NCBI GenBank assembly: GCA_021788015.1
Contig: JAJYLD010000001.1
Span: forward strand, 209,581-273,580
Length of the DNA: 64,000 nt
Direction of reading: 5' to 3'
Source: a bacterium
GTDB lineage: Bacteria; Patescibacteriota; Patescibacteriia; Patescibacteriales; JAKAJF01
Made by a program: the position numbers and the translations under genes. The stretch's first letter is position 1; each line of letters begins with the position of its first letter. Positions 19,051 through 28,024 of this stretch are shown here, piece after piece. The notes beneath the pieces are model-generated. The model had not been told where the DNA came from. It ran no database searches and saw only the letters and a list, made by a program, of their open reading frames with translations.

Positions 19051-19299
19051 ATGGGAATCAGAATTAAATCGCGAGTCGGTTATTTTCTCTTTGCGCTCAA
19101 AGAAAACAATCGTCCACTAGGCGGTGTGCATTTAATTGTGAACATTGTCAATGACAATATGACTACTTTTGACATTGATAATGCCACCATTTTTCCCGAG
19201 CCTGCGTTAGGACCGTTAAACTTTCCTGTTAACAAAATTCTGGTTTTCCGGACATATGATGAGGCCAAAAGAAAACATAAAAAATTACGATTAAAATAA
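19051..19299 (+). CDS. Hypothetical protein (possibly a gene remnant)
   Basis: 82-aa ORF with no recognisable family. A strong Shine-Dalgarno motif plus a 4-codon ORF lies just upstream in another frame (19006-19032). Confidence 0.3.
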   Translation: MGIRIKSRVGYFLFALKENNRPLGGVHLIVNIVNDNMTTFDIDNATIFPEPALGPLNFPVNKILVFRTYDEAKRKHKKLRLK

Positions 19300-19322
19300 A
19301 GAGGAAGCCGCCTCTTTTTTTC
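19299..19322 (+). terminator. Intrinsic terminator
   Basis: AAGAGG, loop AAGCCG, CCTCTT, followed by a T run. Confidence 0.7.
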
Positions 19323-19328
19323 TTGTAT

Positions 19329-19364
19329 AACAGTAAAGACGCGGCATGCCGCGTCTTTACTGTT
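19329..19364 (-). terminator. Perfect palindromic hairpin downstream of rpmA
   Basis: AACAGTAAAGACGCGGCA / TGCCGCGTCTTTACTGTT is an 18-bp self-complementary stem centred at 19346/19347, with flanking T/A runs. Confidence 0.75.
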
Positions 19365-19384
19365 TTCGAATTGTTTGAGAGTTT

Positions 19385-19666
19385 TTATTTTTCCGCCAAG
19401 ACATTTATGATCGTAGTTGTCTTTAGGTGGTTATCGAATTTTCTAAGCTTTTTCGTTTGGAATTTGACCAAACCGGAAATCTTCGCGAAGAGAGTGTCAT
19501 CCTTGCCTTTTAAAACGTTTGTGCCCGGATGGTATTTTGTTCCGCGCTGTCTGATTAAAATCGCGCCCGCTTTGGCGTATTGTCCGTCCTGGATTTTTAC
19601 GCCGAGGCGTTTACTTGCCGAATCGCGGCCCAATGCTGTCGAGCCCGCGGCTTTTTTATGTGCCAT
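19385..19666 (-). CDS. rpmA: 50S ribosomal protein L27
   Basis: [24 protein letters not shown] ... [16 protein letters not shown] is the canonical L27 sequence. Confidence 0.97.
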   Translation of the reverse strand: MAHKKAAGSTALGRDSASKRLGVKIQDGQYAKAGAILIRQRGTKYHPGTNVLKGKDDTLFAKISGLVKFQTKKLRKFDNHLKTTTIINVLAEK

Positions 19667-19757
19667 ATTGCAATTTCAGATTTTAGAATTTCGATTTCAG
19701 ATGTTTGACTGAAATTTATCGATAATCTATAAATCCCGATAAATTATTACTTTTATC

Positions 19758-19786
19758 ATATTAGCAAGTAAATGAGTTAAAGTCAA
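19758..19786 (-). promoter_or_regulatory. Sigma-70-type promoter for rpmA
   Basis: On the minus strand: TTGACT (19786-19781), a 17-nt spacer, then TAATAT (19763-19758). Confidence 0.55.
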
Positions 19787-19839
19787 GAATAAAAAAAGAA
19801 GCCGCCAGGAATAAACCCCGCGACTTTTAAGAATAATTC

Positions 19840-20475
19840 TTACCCCCTCTTTTTAAAGGTATTTTTAAGGATTTTGCCAAGAGAGCGCCAGCGTTCGCCG
19901 ACGCCTCTCTTTTGTTCGGTTATTTTTTTTCTCCAATGGGCGAGAGTGTTTCGGACGACATCGCCCAGCGTAAGCGGTGTTACGCTCGAGTAGTTGGGAA
20001 GCTGAAATGACTTATACCCCCCGAGATCCTCTGGCATGGCTTCGATAGTGACCCCGAGGTACTTTAAGGTGAAGTTTAGGACATCGTGAGGGTCCTTGCC
20101 CCAAACCACGATCGCTCTCTTTTTGGGGATTATCGTGATAAAGCCATCGGTTATGGGTTGGGTTATATTTTTATCTTCGACCTCAATTAAAACAGAAGCA
20201 GCCGTTGTCCATGAGTCCTTACAGATCTCCTGGAAAATGTCCCCGTGGAAAGGCAAAAGGCCGATGAGGTTCGCGATTTTCATATCGATATAGTAGGCTC
20301 CCGGAATTGTCGGATCGCTTATACATCTTCTGTATACCCCATGCCATAGTCCGTAATCATTGCCTTTATTGGGATCATCGAAATGGATTTGGATGCCTAC
20401 CTCACCGATTCTGTCCAGAATTCGCCTTCCCTCATTGCTCCCATTTTCCCGTTCTAACAAGCTGCTACCCTTCAT
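19840..20475 (-). CDS. Hypothetical protein, visibly GC-richer than its surroundings
   Basis: ATG at 20475 (MKGSSLLERENG...) is preceded by AAAGGAGAG with a 7-nt spacing, which is rare in this window. The ORF track extends to 20583 but no start signal supports that. No family recognised. Confidence 0.6.
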   Translation of the reverse strand: MKGSSLLERENGSNEGRRILDRIGEVGIQIHFDDPNKGNDYGLWHGVYRRCISDPTIPGAYYIDMKIANLIGLLPFHGDIFQEICKDSWTTAASVLIEVEDKNITQPITDGFITIIPKKRAIVVWGKDPHDVLNFTLKYLGVTIEAMPEDLGGYKSFQLPNYSSVTPLTLGDVVRNTLAHWRKKITEQKRGVGERWRSLGKILKNTFKKRG

Positions 20476-20606
20476 AAACACTCTCCTTTGGGCTTTGGTA
20501 CCGCTGTTTTTCAATCGGTCCGCCCGATGGATTTCCTTGTCCAATGACAAGGTACCGCAAAGATCAATAGCTAAAAATAACACGGAATATTAATCATGTC
20601 AAGTAT

Positions 20607-20634
20607 TTGACACAATTTATTGTCATGGTATAAT
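20607..20634 (+). promoter_or_regulatory. Sigma-70-type promoter with extended -10 for the Fe-S operon
   Basis: TTGACA (20607-20612), a 16-nt spacer ending in TGg, then TATAAT (20629-20634). Confidence 0.65.
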
Positions 20635-20663
20635 AAAACCAACTAAATTAGTAGGAGATAATA

Positions 20664-20748
20664 ATACATCCCGTCAGAAGTCGTCGCTTTTGCGGGGTAA
20701 AAATTATTTTAATTTAGGCAGATTAATTAGAAGTCTGCTTCTAACGGG
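20664..20748 (+). repeat. SCAIR element, divergent short copy
   Basis: The left arm CATCCCGTCAGAAG (20667-20680) is complementary to the right arm CTTCTAACGGGATG, which ends at and includes ATG 20749. The right side carries the 19-mer GTCTGCTTCTAACGGGATG, identical to copies B and C. Confidence 0.7.
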
Positions 20749-21150
20749 ATGAAATTTTCGACAAAATCCACGTATGGCCTAAGGGCCATGATCAGGCTGG
20801 CGGAAAATTGGAAAAAAGAAAGTTTATCCTTATCGGTAATCGCAAAATCGGAAAACATTTCGCAAAAATACCTTGAAAGAATATTTGCTAGGTTAAAAAC
20901 AGCAAAATTGATCGAAAGTGAAAAGGGAGCGGGCGGCGGATATAAATTATCAAGATCTCCTTCTAAAATAAATATTTTGGAAATTATCGATGCATTGGAA
21001 GGAAAATTCGCGCCGTTTCATTGTTATACAAAAAGCGGAAAGGTTGTTTGTAGCACTTCCTGTAATTGCGGAGTTACTTTGGTTCTTAACCGCATTCAAA
21101 CCGGAATCGAAGATTCCTTAAGAAATATGAGCCTAAACCAGTTAAAATAA
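20749..21150 (+). CDS. Rrf2 family transcriptional regulator (IscR-like)
   Basis: MKFSTKSTYGLRAMIRLA winged-helix N-terminus, with C-terminal Cys residues (HCYTKSGKVVCSTSCNC). It lies at the head of the IscU/Nfu/desulfurase genes. Confidence 0.85.
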   Translation: MKFSTKSTYGLRAMIRLAENWKKESLSLSVIAKSENISQKYLERIFARLKTAKLIESEKGAGGGYKLSRSPSKINILEIIDALEGKFAPFHCYTKSGKVVCSTSCNCGVTLVLNRIQTGIEDSLRNMSLNQLK

Positions 21151-21151
21151 G

Positions 21152-21296
21152 AATCTCAAAACGCAAATCTCAAAACCAAAATTTAAAACCGAAAAACTGG
21201 ACAGAAAATACAATAAAAAATTTTTATTTTTATTCAAAGCAAAAATTTTTGAGATTTGAGTTATGGTTTTAAGTTTTGACATCTGAATTTTGAGAT
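21152..21296. repeat. AT-rich palindromic element (TCTCAAA word family), gene-less version
   Basis: 21153-21186 is identical to the reverse complement of 35378-35411 (34 nt). 21246-21296 resembles the reverse complement of 34981-35033. The two arms are mutually complementary. Confidence 0.75.
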
Positions 21297-21373
21297 CAAT
21301 GCTTGTAATTTTGTAAAAAATTCGTAATTTGTAGAAGAGGAAAATTAATATTAATTTTAATAAGCCAATACTT

Positions 21374-21751
21374 ATGTTATATTCAAAACAAGTCATAAAT
21401 CATTTCAAGAAGCCCCATAATCAAGGCTCGATTAAAAATGCCGACGCCGTCGGCGAGGCCGGCAATCCGATTTGCGGCGACGTCATGAAAATGTATTTAA
21501 AATTGTCCAAAAATAAAAAAGGACAAGATATTATAAAAGAGGTGAAGTTTGAAACTTTGGGCTGCGCGGCCGCCATCGCGGTTTCTTCGATTTTAACCGA
21601 TATGATCAAGGGTAAAACCTTGGATTACGCCCTGAAAATAAAAAAGGACGACATTGTGAAGGATTTGGGAGGGTTGCCTCCGGCAAAAATCCATTGCTCG
21701 ATGCTTGGCCTCGAAGCTTTGAAAACGGCGGTGGATAACCGGAATAAATAA
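21374..21751 (+). CDS. Fe-S cluster scaffold protein (IscU/NifU N-terminal domain)
   Basis: HFKKPHNQG, GNPICGDVM, ETLGCAAAIASS-like and HCSMLG, giving the three conserved Cys. Confidence 0.9.
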   Translation: MLYSKQVINHFKKPHNQGSIKNADAVGEAGNPICGDVMKMYLKLSKNKKGQDIIKEVKFETLGCAAAIAVSSILTDMIKGKTLDYALKIKKDDIVKDLGGLPPAKIHCSMLGLEALKTAVDNRNK

Positions 21752-21839
21752 TACCATGTACGGGACACGGAGTTTGGCATTCGAGGTAAAAAGTACCAAT
21801 CCTATATGCCGCGCTCCAAGCCTTGCGCTTTTAAATAAT

Positions 21840-22064
21840 ATGAATAAAAAAATTAAGAAAATACTCGAAGAAATCAGGCCGTCTTTGCAGATGGACGGGG
21901 GAGATGTCACTTTTGTCGCTTTTGACAAAAAAACGGGAGTTTTAAAAGTCGAACTCTTGGGTATGTGCGCCCATTGCCCAATGTCGCAAATAACTTTAAA
22001 ACAGGGGATTGAAGCGGAAATCAAAAAAGCCATCCCGGAGGTGAAAGAAGTTAAAACCGTATAA
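21840..22064 (+). CDS. NifU C-terminal (Nfu-type) domain protein
   Basis: The ATG at 21840 gives MNKKIKKILEEIRPSLQMDGGDVTFV ... GMCAHCPMS (CxxC). The upstream part of the tracked ORF (21756-21839) has no start signal. Confidence 0.8.
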   Translation: MNKKIKKILEEIRPSLQMDGGDVTFVAFDKKTGVLKVELLGMCAHCPMSQITLKQGIEAEIKKAIPEVKEVKTV

Positions 22065-22184
22065 TTTTAATTCTAGTTTTTAAATTATAATTTCTAATAA
22101 AATTTTCGTGAGAATAAACACATTCATAAATTTCAAATTTTATAATCATTTTACTAAATTACAATTTATAATTTAGTCATTTTT

Positions 22185-23423
22185 ATGAAACATATCTATT
22201 TCGACCATAGCGCCACCACGCCGGTGGATGGAAAAGTGCTCGCGGCCATGATGCCGTATTTTTCAAAGACTTACGGGAACCCCTCATCGATTCATAACTT
22301 TGGGCAAAACGCGGTCATGGCGGTGGATGAAGCGAGAGAAAGTGTCGCCAAATTTTTGAACTGCGTTCCGGAAGAAGTAATTTTCACTTCGGGATCTACC
22401 GAATCTGACAATTTGGCCATTCGCGGAGCGATCAAGGCTTTGTTAAAAAAAGGCGTAAAAAAACCGCACGTTATCACGACGACGATTGAGCATCCCGCCG
22501 TTTTGGAACCGTGCGCCGAATTGCAACGCGGAGGCGTCGAGGTTACATATTTAAAAGTGAAACCGAACGGTGTCATTGCTTCGAATGATTTAAAAAAAGC
22601 GATAAAAGACAGTACTGTCCTAATTTCCGTGATGTACGTGAACAGTGAGGTGGGTAGCATTCAACCGATCAAGGAAATCGGCAAAATGATCAAAAAAATA
22701 AACGAGAACCGTTTCAAAACCTGGCGCGAAGCCGATCTGAAAACTCGCGGCGATAAACCGATGCCGATTCTTTTTCATACCGACGCGACTCAAGCGCTAA
22801 ATTTTTTGGATTGTGATGTGCAAAAAAACAATATTGATTTACTAAGCATGTCCGGCCATAAAATCTATGGTCCAAAAGGAGTGGGAGCGTTATTTGTTAG
22901 GACCGGAACCCCGCTTCGCGCTTTGCAGCTTGGCGGCCATCACGAGAATAATTTCAGGAGCGGGACATTGAACGTCACGGGGATCGTCGGTCTCGGAGCC
23001 GCCGTCCGGGAATTGTCGCGGAAAAAAGTCGATGTCAATAATAAAAAAATCGCGAGACTGAGAGACACTTTGGTCAAGGGAATTATGAAAAATATTCCCG
23101 ATGTCGTTTTGAATACGGACAGAGACAACGCGACGCCTTCCCACGCCCATTTTTCCTTTCTCGGAGTTGAAGGGGAGTCGGCTTTGATTTCTCTGGATCT
23201 GGCTGGTATCGCGGTTTCGACCGGTTCGGCTTGCGCGTCCGGAAGTTTAAAACCATCTCATGTGCTTCTGGCCATGGGGATAAAGCAGGAAGTCGCCCAT
23301 AATTCGATAAGGTTTACTTTGGGGAAAAACAACACGATGGAAGAAATAAAAAAAGCGATAAAAGTTTTACCGCCGATTATACGAAAATTAAGAAAAATGA
23401 ATCCATTAAAAAAAGCGGAATAA
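22185..23423 (+). CDS. Cysteine desulfurase (NifS/IscS class I)
   Basis: MKHIYFDHSATTP, SGHKIYGPKGVGALF (PLP lysine) and the catalytic loop STGSACASG. Confidence 0.93.
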   Translation: MKHIYFDHSATTPVDGKVLAAMMPYFSKTYGNPSSIHNFGQNAVMAVDEARESVAKFLNCVPEEVIFTSGSTESDNLAIRGAIKALLKKGVKKPHVITTTIEHPAVLEPCAELQRGGVEVTYLKVKPNGVIASNDLKKAIKDSTVLISVMYVNSEVGSIQPIKEIGKMIKKINENRFKTWREADLKTRGDKPMPILFHTDATQALNFLDCDVQKNNIDLLSMSGHKIYGPKGVGALFVRTGTPLRALQLGGHHENNFRSGTLNVTGIVGLGAAVRELSRKKVDVNNKKIARLRDTLVKGIMKNIPDVVLNTDRDNATPSHAHFSFLGVEGESALISLDLAGIAVSTGSACASGSLKPSHVLLAMGIKQEVAHNSIRFTLGKNNTMEEIKKAIKVLPPIIRKLRKMNPLKKAE

Positions 23424-23437
23424 ATTCCGCTTTTTTT
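23410..23437. terminator. Bidirectional intrinsic terminator
   Basis: AAAAAGCGGAAT-AA-ATTCCGCTTTTT overlaps the desulfurase stop, between convergent genes. Confidence 0.75.
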
Positions 23438-23714
23438 AATGGAACGGATTGTTCAAACCGTCGATGTTACGAATGTATGTTTTTTGGTTTATTTTTTTTA
23501 TTATACCGTTGAATTTATTTATATCGAAAGTTTCGGTGGCGACTTCATTTTTTAACACCAAAACAATTTCAGATTGCGTAACCGATTCGTAAAAATTATT
23601 ATAAAGAAAGATGACGTCGAAATACAAAACGAAAATTATAAGCAAGACCAAAAGAAAATAAGTCGCCCCAGAAATTTTTCGGAATGAAATTTTTATTTTC
23701 CCCGCTATACGCAT
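23436..23714 (-). CDS. Small membrane-anchored protein at the distal end of the pilus operon
   Basis: 92 aa with one N-terminal TM (ATYFLLVLLIIFVLYFDVIFL). Its ATG directly follows a SCAIR right arm. Confidence 0.55.
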   Translation of the reverse strand: MRIAGKIKISFRKISGATYFLLVLLIIFVLYFDVIFLYNNFYESVTQSEIVLVLKNEVATETFDINKFNGIIKKINQKTYIRNIDGLNNPFH

Positions 23715-23807
23715 CCGTTAGAAGCGGATTTCAATCATTTTTGATTATACAAATCCGCATAAATAATGATTAAATTTTATCCCGGTCGAAGCGTGCTTCT
23801 AACGGGG
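23715..23807 (-). repeat. SCAIR element, short divergent copy on the minus strand
   Basis: Read on the minus strand: CCCCGTTAGAAGC (23807-23795) ... CCGCTTCTAACGG (23727-23715), immediately followed by ATG (23714-23712). The internal hairpin is GCGGATTT/AAATCCGC. Confidence 0.7.
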
Positions 23808-23813
23808 TAAATG

Positions 23814-24371
23814 TTATTTCCAATAAGTATCCGCGGTAATTTGCATCACCACGTCGTTTTTACCGGTATCATTGCTTTTAACGATATCAAGGTTGTTTAT
23901 GTTTATGTAATAATTCAAAGACTCCATGTCGATAAGATAATTTAAAATGCTCGGGAAATCTCCTTCGACCATGACTTGCAAAGGTATTTTTTTATAGACG
24001 GAATATTCCACGGCGTTATCAGTCATCAAATTGATTTTTTGACTTACATTATTTTTAGCGGCGATTCCCTCAAGAGTGGTCACAAATTCTAGGGCTCGGT
24101 TCTGATCGATAAAAACATTGTTCAGGGTGGTCAATTGCGGTTCCGTCTTTTTTAAATTTTCGCTTAATCTTCTCAAACTTTGCCCCTGGAGATATTTTTT
24201 TTCAAGGTCGTGTCTTTGCTGATTGATGGCGTCTTTCATGTTTAATATATCGGATATGGTGGGCATGATGATAAAATAAGACAAGATCGCAAAAAAGCCG
24301 ATTAACAAGACCACAAGGATGATTATTTTGTTTTTTAGGCCGATTTTTTTTGAATTATCGATTTTTGGCAT
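23814..24371 (-). CDS. pilO: Type IV pilus assembly protein PilO-like
   Basis: N-terminal TM plus a coiled-coil segment, 185 aa, immediately downstream of the pilM/pilN homologs. Confidence 0.65.
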   Translation of the reverse strand: MPKIDNSKKIGLKNKIIILVVLLIGFFAILSYFIIMPTISDILNMKDAINQQRHDLEKKYLQGQSLRRLSENLKKTEPQLTTLNNVFIDQNRALEFVTTLEGIAAKNNVSQKINLMTDNAVEYSVYKKIPLQVMVEGDFPSILNYLIDMESLNYYININNLDIVKSNDTGKNDVVMQITADTYWK

Positions 24372-24918
24372 ATTTTGTTATTAAATCGGACAGATCGGTG
24401 TTAATCTCCGCCTTTATGTCGAAATTTATATTGCTCTCCTCCAATATATTTTGCAAAGGGAAATTCACGTTGTTGAAATCATCGGAATTTTGCAAGTAAT
24501 CGTTCAATTTTAACAAGTCGGAACGCAACTGGGCCAAGCCGCTTATCTTCACGGTTTTGTCGGCATTGTTTATGCGTAAACTGGAAAAAGCGACATCGGA
24601 AGGAGTGTTTGAAGCCATGTCTTCGATTAAAAACGACCAAGGGAAAAAGTCATTTTGAATCCCGGAAACCGCGTTCAGTTGTTGATTTATCTCTCTGACC
24701 CTATCGTTATAAGATTGGGAATTTTTTGTTATCAAAGTGGTTTCGGCAACGATTTGATTAAAGCTTTCCTGCAAAAAATACTTTGCCAAAAGCAAACTTA
24801 TCGTGGAAATTAAAACTAAAAGAACCAAAATAAGACCGGCCGTTTTGATTAGGTTGTAAGCATGCTTTAATTTTACTTCATTTTTTAATTCCTGCGAGAT
24901 CAGGTTCAATTGCATCAT
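24355..24918 (-). CDS. pilN: Type IV pilus assembly protein PilN-like
   Basis: NLISQELKNE ... followed by a single TM (LILVLLVLISTISLLLA), the typical PilN N-terminus. It overlaps pilO by 17 nt. Confidence 0.7.
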   Translation of the reverse strand: MMQLNLISQELKNEVKLKHAYNLIKTAGLILVLLVLISTISLLLAKYFLQESFNQIVAETTLITKNSQSYNDRVREINQQLNAVSGIQNDFFPWSFLIEDMASNTPSDVAFSSLRINNADKTVKISGLAQLRSDLLKLNDYLQNSDDFNNVNFPLQNILEESNINFDIKAEINTDLSDLITKYAKNR

Positions 24919-24919
24919 A

Positions 24920-26044
24920 TCAATCGTCGTTATTTACGAATAAATTTCTTAAACCAAGTCCGATGGCGGTGGCGTAAGTCGTTCCCGAATCCCCGTTTAT
25001 TTTTTTTAGTTTATTTTTTGTCACTTGGTTGACAATTTTTTTAAAATCGGAATTGATCACATGTCTCGCCGCATTCCCGACGGAAGTCGGTATCTGGGTC
25101 GCGACGTTGATTACGGATCCCAAATTTTTAATATTGGCTCCGCCGCCGCAAAGGATAATCTCGGTAATGGGTCCGTGTTCGGGGAAATGAGTTGAATAAA
25201 ATTCGATGGCATTATTGATTTTTTTAATCAGATCTTCTATAACGTCAGACAGAATGTTTCTGACCACGCCCTTGGCCTTACTTTCGTCAAAACCGCAAAT
25301 AAGCTTAGCCTTCTCGGCCTGATTAAGTTCAATTTTTAAAATATCGGATATTTGTTTGGTGATTTCGGTTCCGGAAATCGGAACTCCCATCGTAAAAAGG
25401 ATTGCATTCTTCGCATAAAACGTCAGACTTGTTTTTATGGCGCCGATATCTATGATAATGTAATTTTTATCAAACGGCCCTTTGTATTTGCCATTTTCTT
25501 CAGAAAGGAGCGATCGGCAAACGGCCACGGGTTCGATTTCCAGGGCGACAACCGAAAGGCCCGCTTCCGATAGTATTTTCGCGTATTGATCGACGATATT
25601 TTTCGCGGCCGCGCCTATCAGGACGTGGTAATGATTTTGCGATGTGTCTATCAGCTGCCAATCGTAATAGATGTCGTTTAAAGACATGGGAACATGCTTT
25701 TCAATTTCGAATTCAATGACATTTTCAAGATTATTCGGCCCTTTTTCGATATCAATATATTTTATAAAAGTTTTATTTTCCGGCAAACAAGCGACGACTT
25801 CGTTCGATGTGATTTTTCCGAACTGAGGATTCTCCAATAAATTTTTTATCACCTTAAGCAACTCGTTCTTATTTATGACTTCCCCTTGCCTTAAAACGCC
25901 TTCATTTAAATTAACTCTTCCCAGGGCTTGAATTTTAATTCTGTCGACTATTTTATTGAGCTGCGTGACTTTGAGAGAAGTGTCGGAAATGTCCAGACCG
26001 ACAGGATAATTGGAATTATAGTTAAACATAGTTATATTATACAA
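24920..26044 (-). CDS. pilM: Type IV pilus assembly protein PilM (actin-like ATPase fold)
   Basis: VGLDISDTSLKV, IIDIGAIKTS and LCGGGANIKNL match the PilM/FtsA-like phosphate and adenosine motifs. Confidence 0.85.
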   Translation of the reverse strand: MYNITMFNYNSNYPVGLDISDTSLKVTQLNKIVDRIKIQALGRVNLNEGVLRQGEVINKNELLKVIKNLLENPQFGKITSNEVVACLPENKTFIKYIDIEKGPNNLENVIEFEIEKHVPMSLNDIYYDWQLIDTSQNHYHVLIGAAAKNIVDQYAKILSEAGLSVVALEIEPVAVCRSLLSEENGKYKGPFDKNYIIIDIGAIKTSLTFYAKNAILFTMGVPISGTEITKQISDILKIELNQAEKAKLICGFDESKAKGVVRNILSDVIEDLIKKINNAIEFYSTHFPEHGPITEIILCGGGANIKNLGSVINVATQIPTSVGNAARHVINSDFKKIVNQVTKNKLKKINGDSGTTYATAIGLGLRNLFVNNDD

Positions 26045-26213
26045 TATTTTGATTTTTAGGTGAACAGTTTTAACAAATAATCCTAAATCCTAATTTCTAA
26101 ATCACAAACAAATCCAAAATTATAAATTCCAGTGACAAAAAATTTTGAATTTTTAATTTTTTTATCATTTGAATTCGTTTAGAAATTAAATATCAGGATT
26201 CGAATTTTTTAAT

Positions 26214-27446
26214 TTAATATTCTTCTTCCCAATGCTCTACGGTGATTGTAGGAGAAAAGGTTGTGGAACCGAGAATGTCGGACAAATAGTTACTGTTAAA
26301 AGTTATGTTAATCGGTTGCCAAACGCTCGTAATGGTAAGCATTCGGCTTATCAATCCTCCGACTTCGGTAAAATTTCCGCCCAAGGGCAAACTTATGATA
26401 TTCAGTTGATCATCCGCGTAAATAACCCCATTCGCGTTTACATTTCCCGTCCACAGTTCAAAATCAACCTTTCCTTTGGCCAAGATCCCGGCGGGCGTAC
26501 CGCTTGCGTAATTAACAATCAAATTATTTGTCCCGCACCTGAAACCGCGGCATAAACTATGACCGTCTATAAAGTCCTTATCCACAACCAGAAGGCCGTT
26601 AAGAGTTAAAGTCTGCCCGCCTTTTAACTCCACATTGCCGTTTACGAAAGTAATCGGATTATTCAAGGTCAAATTTTGATTATTTTGCATGAGATTGTCA
26701 AATTGAGACGAAGTGTAAACGGCGGTGGCTCTGTTTTCGTACGAAGTTGAAGCGTTTGAATCAAAATCGATCGCGGGCATAGGGACTTGGGCGGCGGCGG
26801 GAGGATGATTCGCCGCATGTATCGCTCCGCTTGTGCTCGCCGTTGAAATGTCTTGAACAAGAAAATTTCCCGTCGCGTTGACATCGCCTTCTATATTGAC
26901 AGTACTGCCGCCGTTAATAATGATATTGCCATTGGACTGAATGCCCCCGGTATGAAAATTTACTTCACTGAAAGATATATTTATATTTCCGTTGGCGTAA
27001 GAGGCGTTATTGCCCGTACTGATATTCACACCTAAGGCTTTAAAAGCTTTTGTTTTAATGACTCTTTGCCCGATTCTTCCGTTTATATTTACATTTCCGG
27101 TTGAAACAATGTCTCCGGAAGCGAGATCGGTGTTGGCGATTGAAACCGTATACGAACCTGAATTCGGCCCGAACGGGTCGGTTCTCGTGAAAGACGTCGT
27201 CCAACTCGGGTTGGTTTGGAAATCATTTTGGTAAGCGGGATCATTTTTTAATTTCCAGATCATTTCCGCGATTCCGGATTCGGCCAAGTAATATGCCTTT
27301 TCTCCCGTAATCTGGCTGTTTGAAATTTGCATTTCAGATAAAGAAAAGTTCAAAAAATATAAAGACAAAATCAAAACCAAGGTCATAAGCATAACCGCGA
27401 GTATCAAGGCGATTCCTTTGTTGTTTAATTTTGGTTTGATTGCCAT
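26214..27446 (-). CDS. PilX-N-like pilus-associated protein with a repetitive beta-helix-like body
   Basis: The N-terminal KGIALILAVMLMTLVLILSLYF resembles the PilX N domain. The body has repeated GN(I/V)N(I/A)xG segments (GNVNINGRIG, NGNINISF, NGNIIINGGSTVNIEGDVNATGN). Confidence 0.55.
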   Translation of the reverse strand: MAIKPKLNNKGIALILAVMLMTLVLILSLYFLNFSLSEMQISNSQITGEKAYYLAESGIAEMIWKLKNDPAYQNDFQTNPSWTTSFTRTDPFGPNSGSYTVSIANTDLASGDIVSTGNVNINGRIGQRVIKTKAFKALGVNISTGNNASYANGNINISFSEVNFHTGGIQSNGNIIINGGSTVNIEGDVNATGNFLVQDISTASTSGAIHAANHPPAAAQVPMPAIDFDSNASTSYENRATAVYTSSQFDNLMQNNQNLTLNNPITFVNGNVELKGGQTLTLNGLLVVDKDFIDGHSLCRGFRCGTNNLIVNYASGTPAGILAKGKVDFELWTGNVNANGVIYADDQLNIISLPLGGNFTEVGGLISRMLTITSVWQPINITFNSNYLSDILGSTTFSPTITVEHWEEEY

Positions 27447-27448
27447 AA

Positions 27449-28024
27449 TTAATTTCTTGGATAAACGCTTGTATCAAATTGCAAGGAACTGTTTCCTTTG
27501 GCAAAATCCATTGAAACGTTGACCAAGTCGCTTCCGGAAGACCAGAAGTTTAATTTTTGAAAATATTCGCCGACTATGCGATCTTCGAGCACCACTTCGG
27601 TGGGCGAATCTCCGAATTGATCGGTGCTGTTCCAATAAACATAAAGACTCGGATTGCTGTTAAAATAATAGGCGATTACGGATCTCATCAAATCGCCGTT
27701 GTTTAAATAGTAACGAATATAAGTGATGTTGCTTGTGTCATGGCCGTCTTGAAAAGTTATTTCATCCGACGGATTGGCAGAGTCGGTCGAAAGAGACGAA
27801 ATAATTTCCGGTGTCTGCCGTATTTCCCGAGACATTCTGTCCAATGAAACCCGTCCGTTTTGCGACAGCTCGTCCTCGTTTGAGCCGGCGCCGTATGATC
27901 TCTCGGCAAAAGAAAACATATTGCCCATGATTATGATAATAATCACAAACAGGGCCAAACTGACTATTATCTCAAGAAGAGAAAAACCGGCTGAATTTAT
28001 TTTTTTTCTTTTTTTACCCTTCAT
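27449..28024 (-). CDS. Prepilin-type N-terminal cleavage/methylation domain protein (minor pilin)
   Basis: The leader MKGKKRKKINSAG is followed by FSLLEIIVSLALFVIIIII (G/F cleavage motif with E5). Confidence 0.8.
   Translation of the reverse strand: MKGKKRKKINSAGFSLLEIIVSLALFVIIIIIMGNMFSFAERSYGAGSNEDELSQNGRVSLDRMSREIRQTPEIISSLSTDSANPSDEITFQDGHDTSNITYIRYYLNNGDLMRSVIAYYFNSNPSLYVYWNSTDQFGDSPTEVVLEDRIVGEYFQKLNFWSSGSDLVNVSMDFAKGNSSLQFDTSVYPRN

Noticed and set aside
19323-19712. 129-aa plus-strand ORF
   Set aside because: It is antisense to rpmA, whose L27 translation is canonical.
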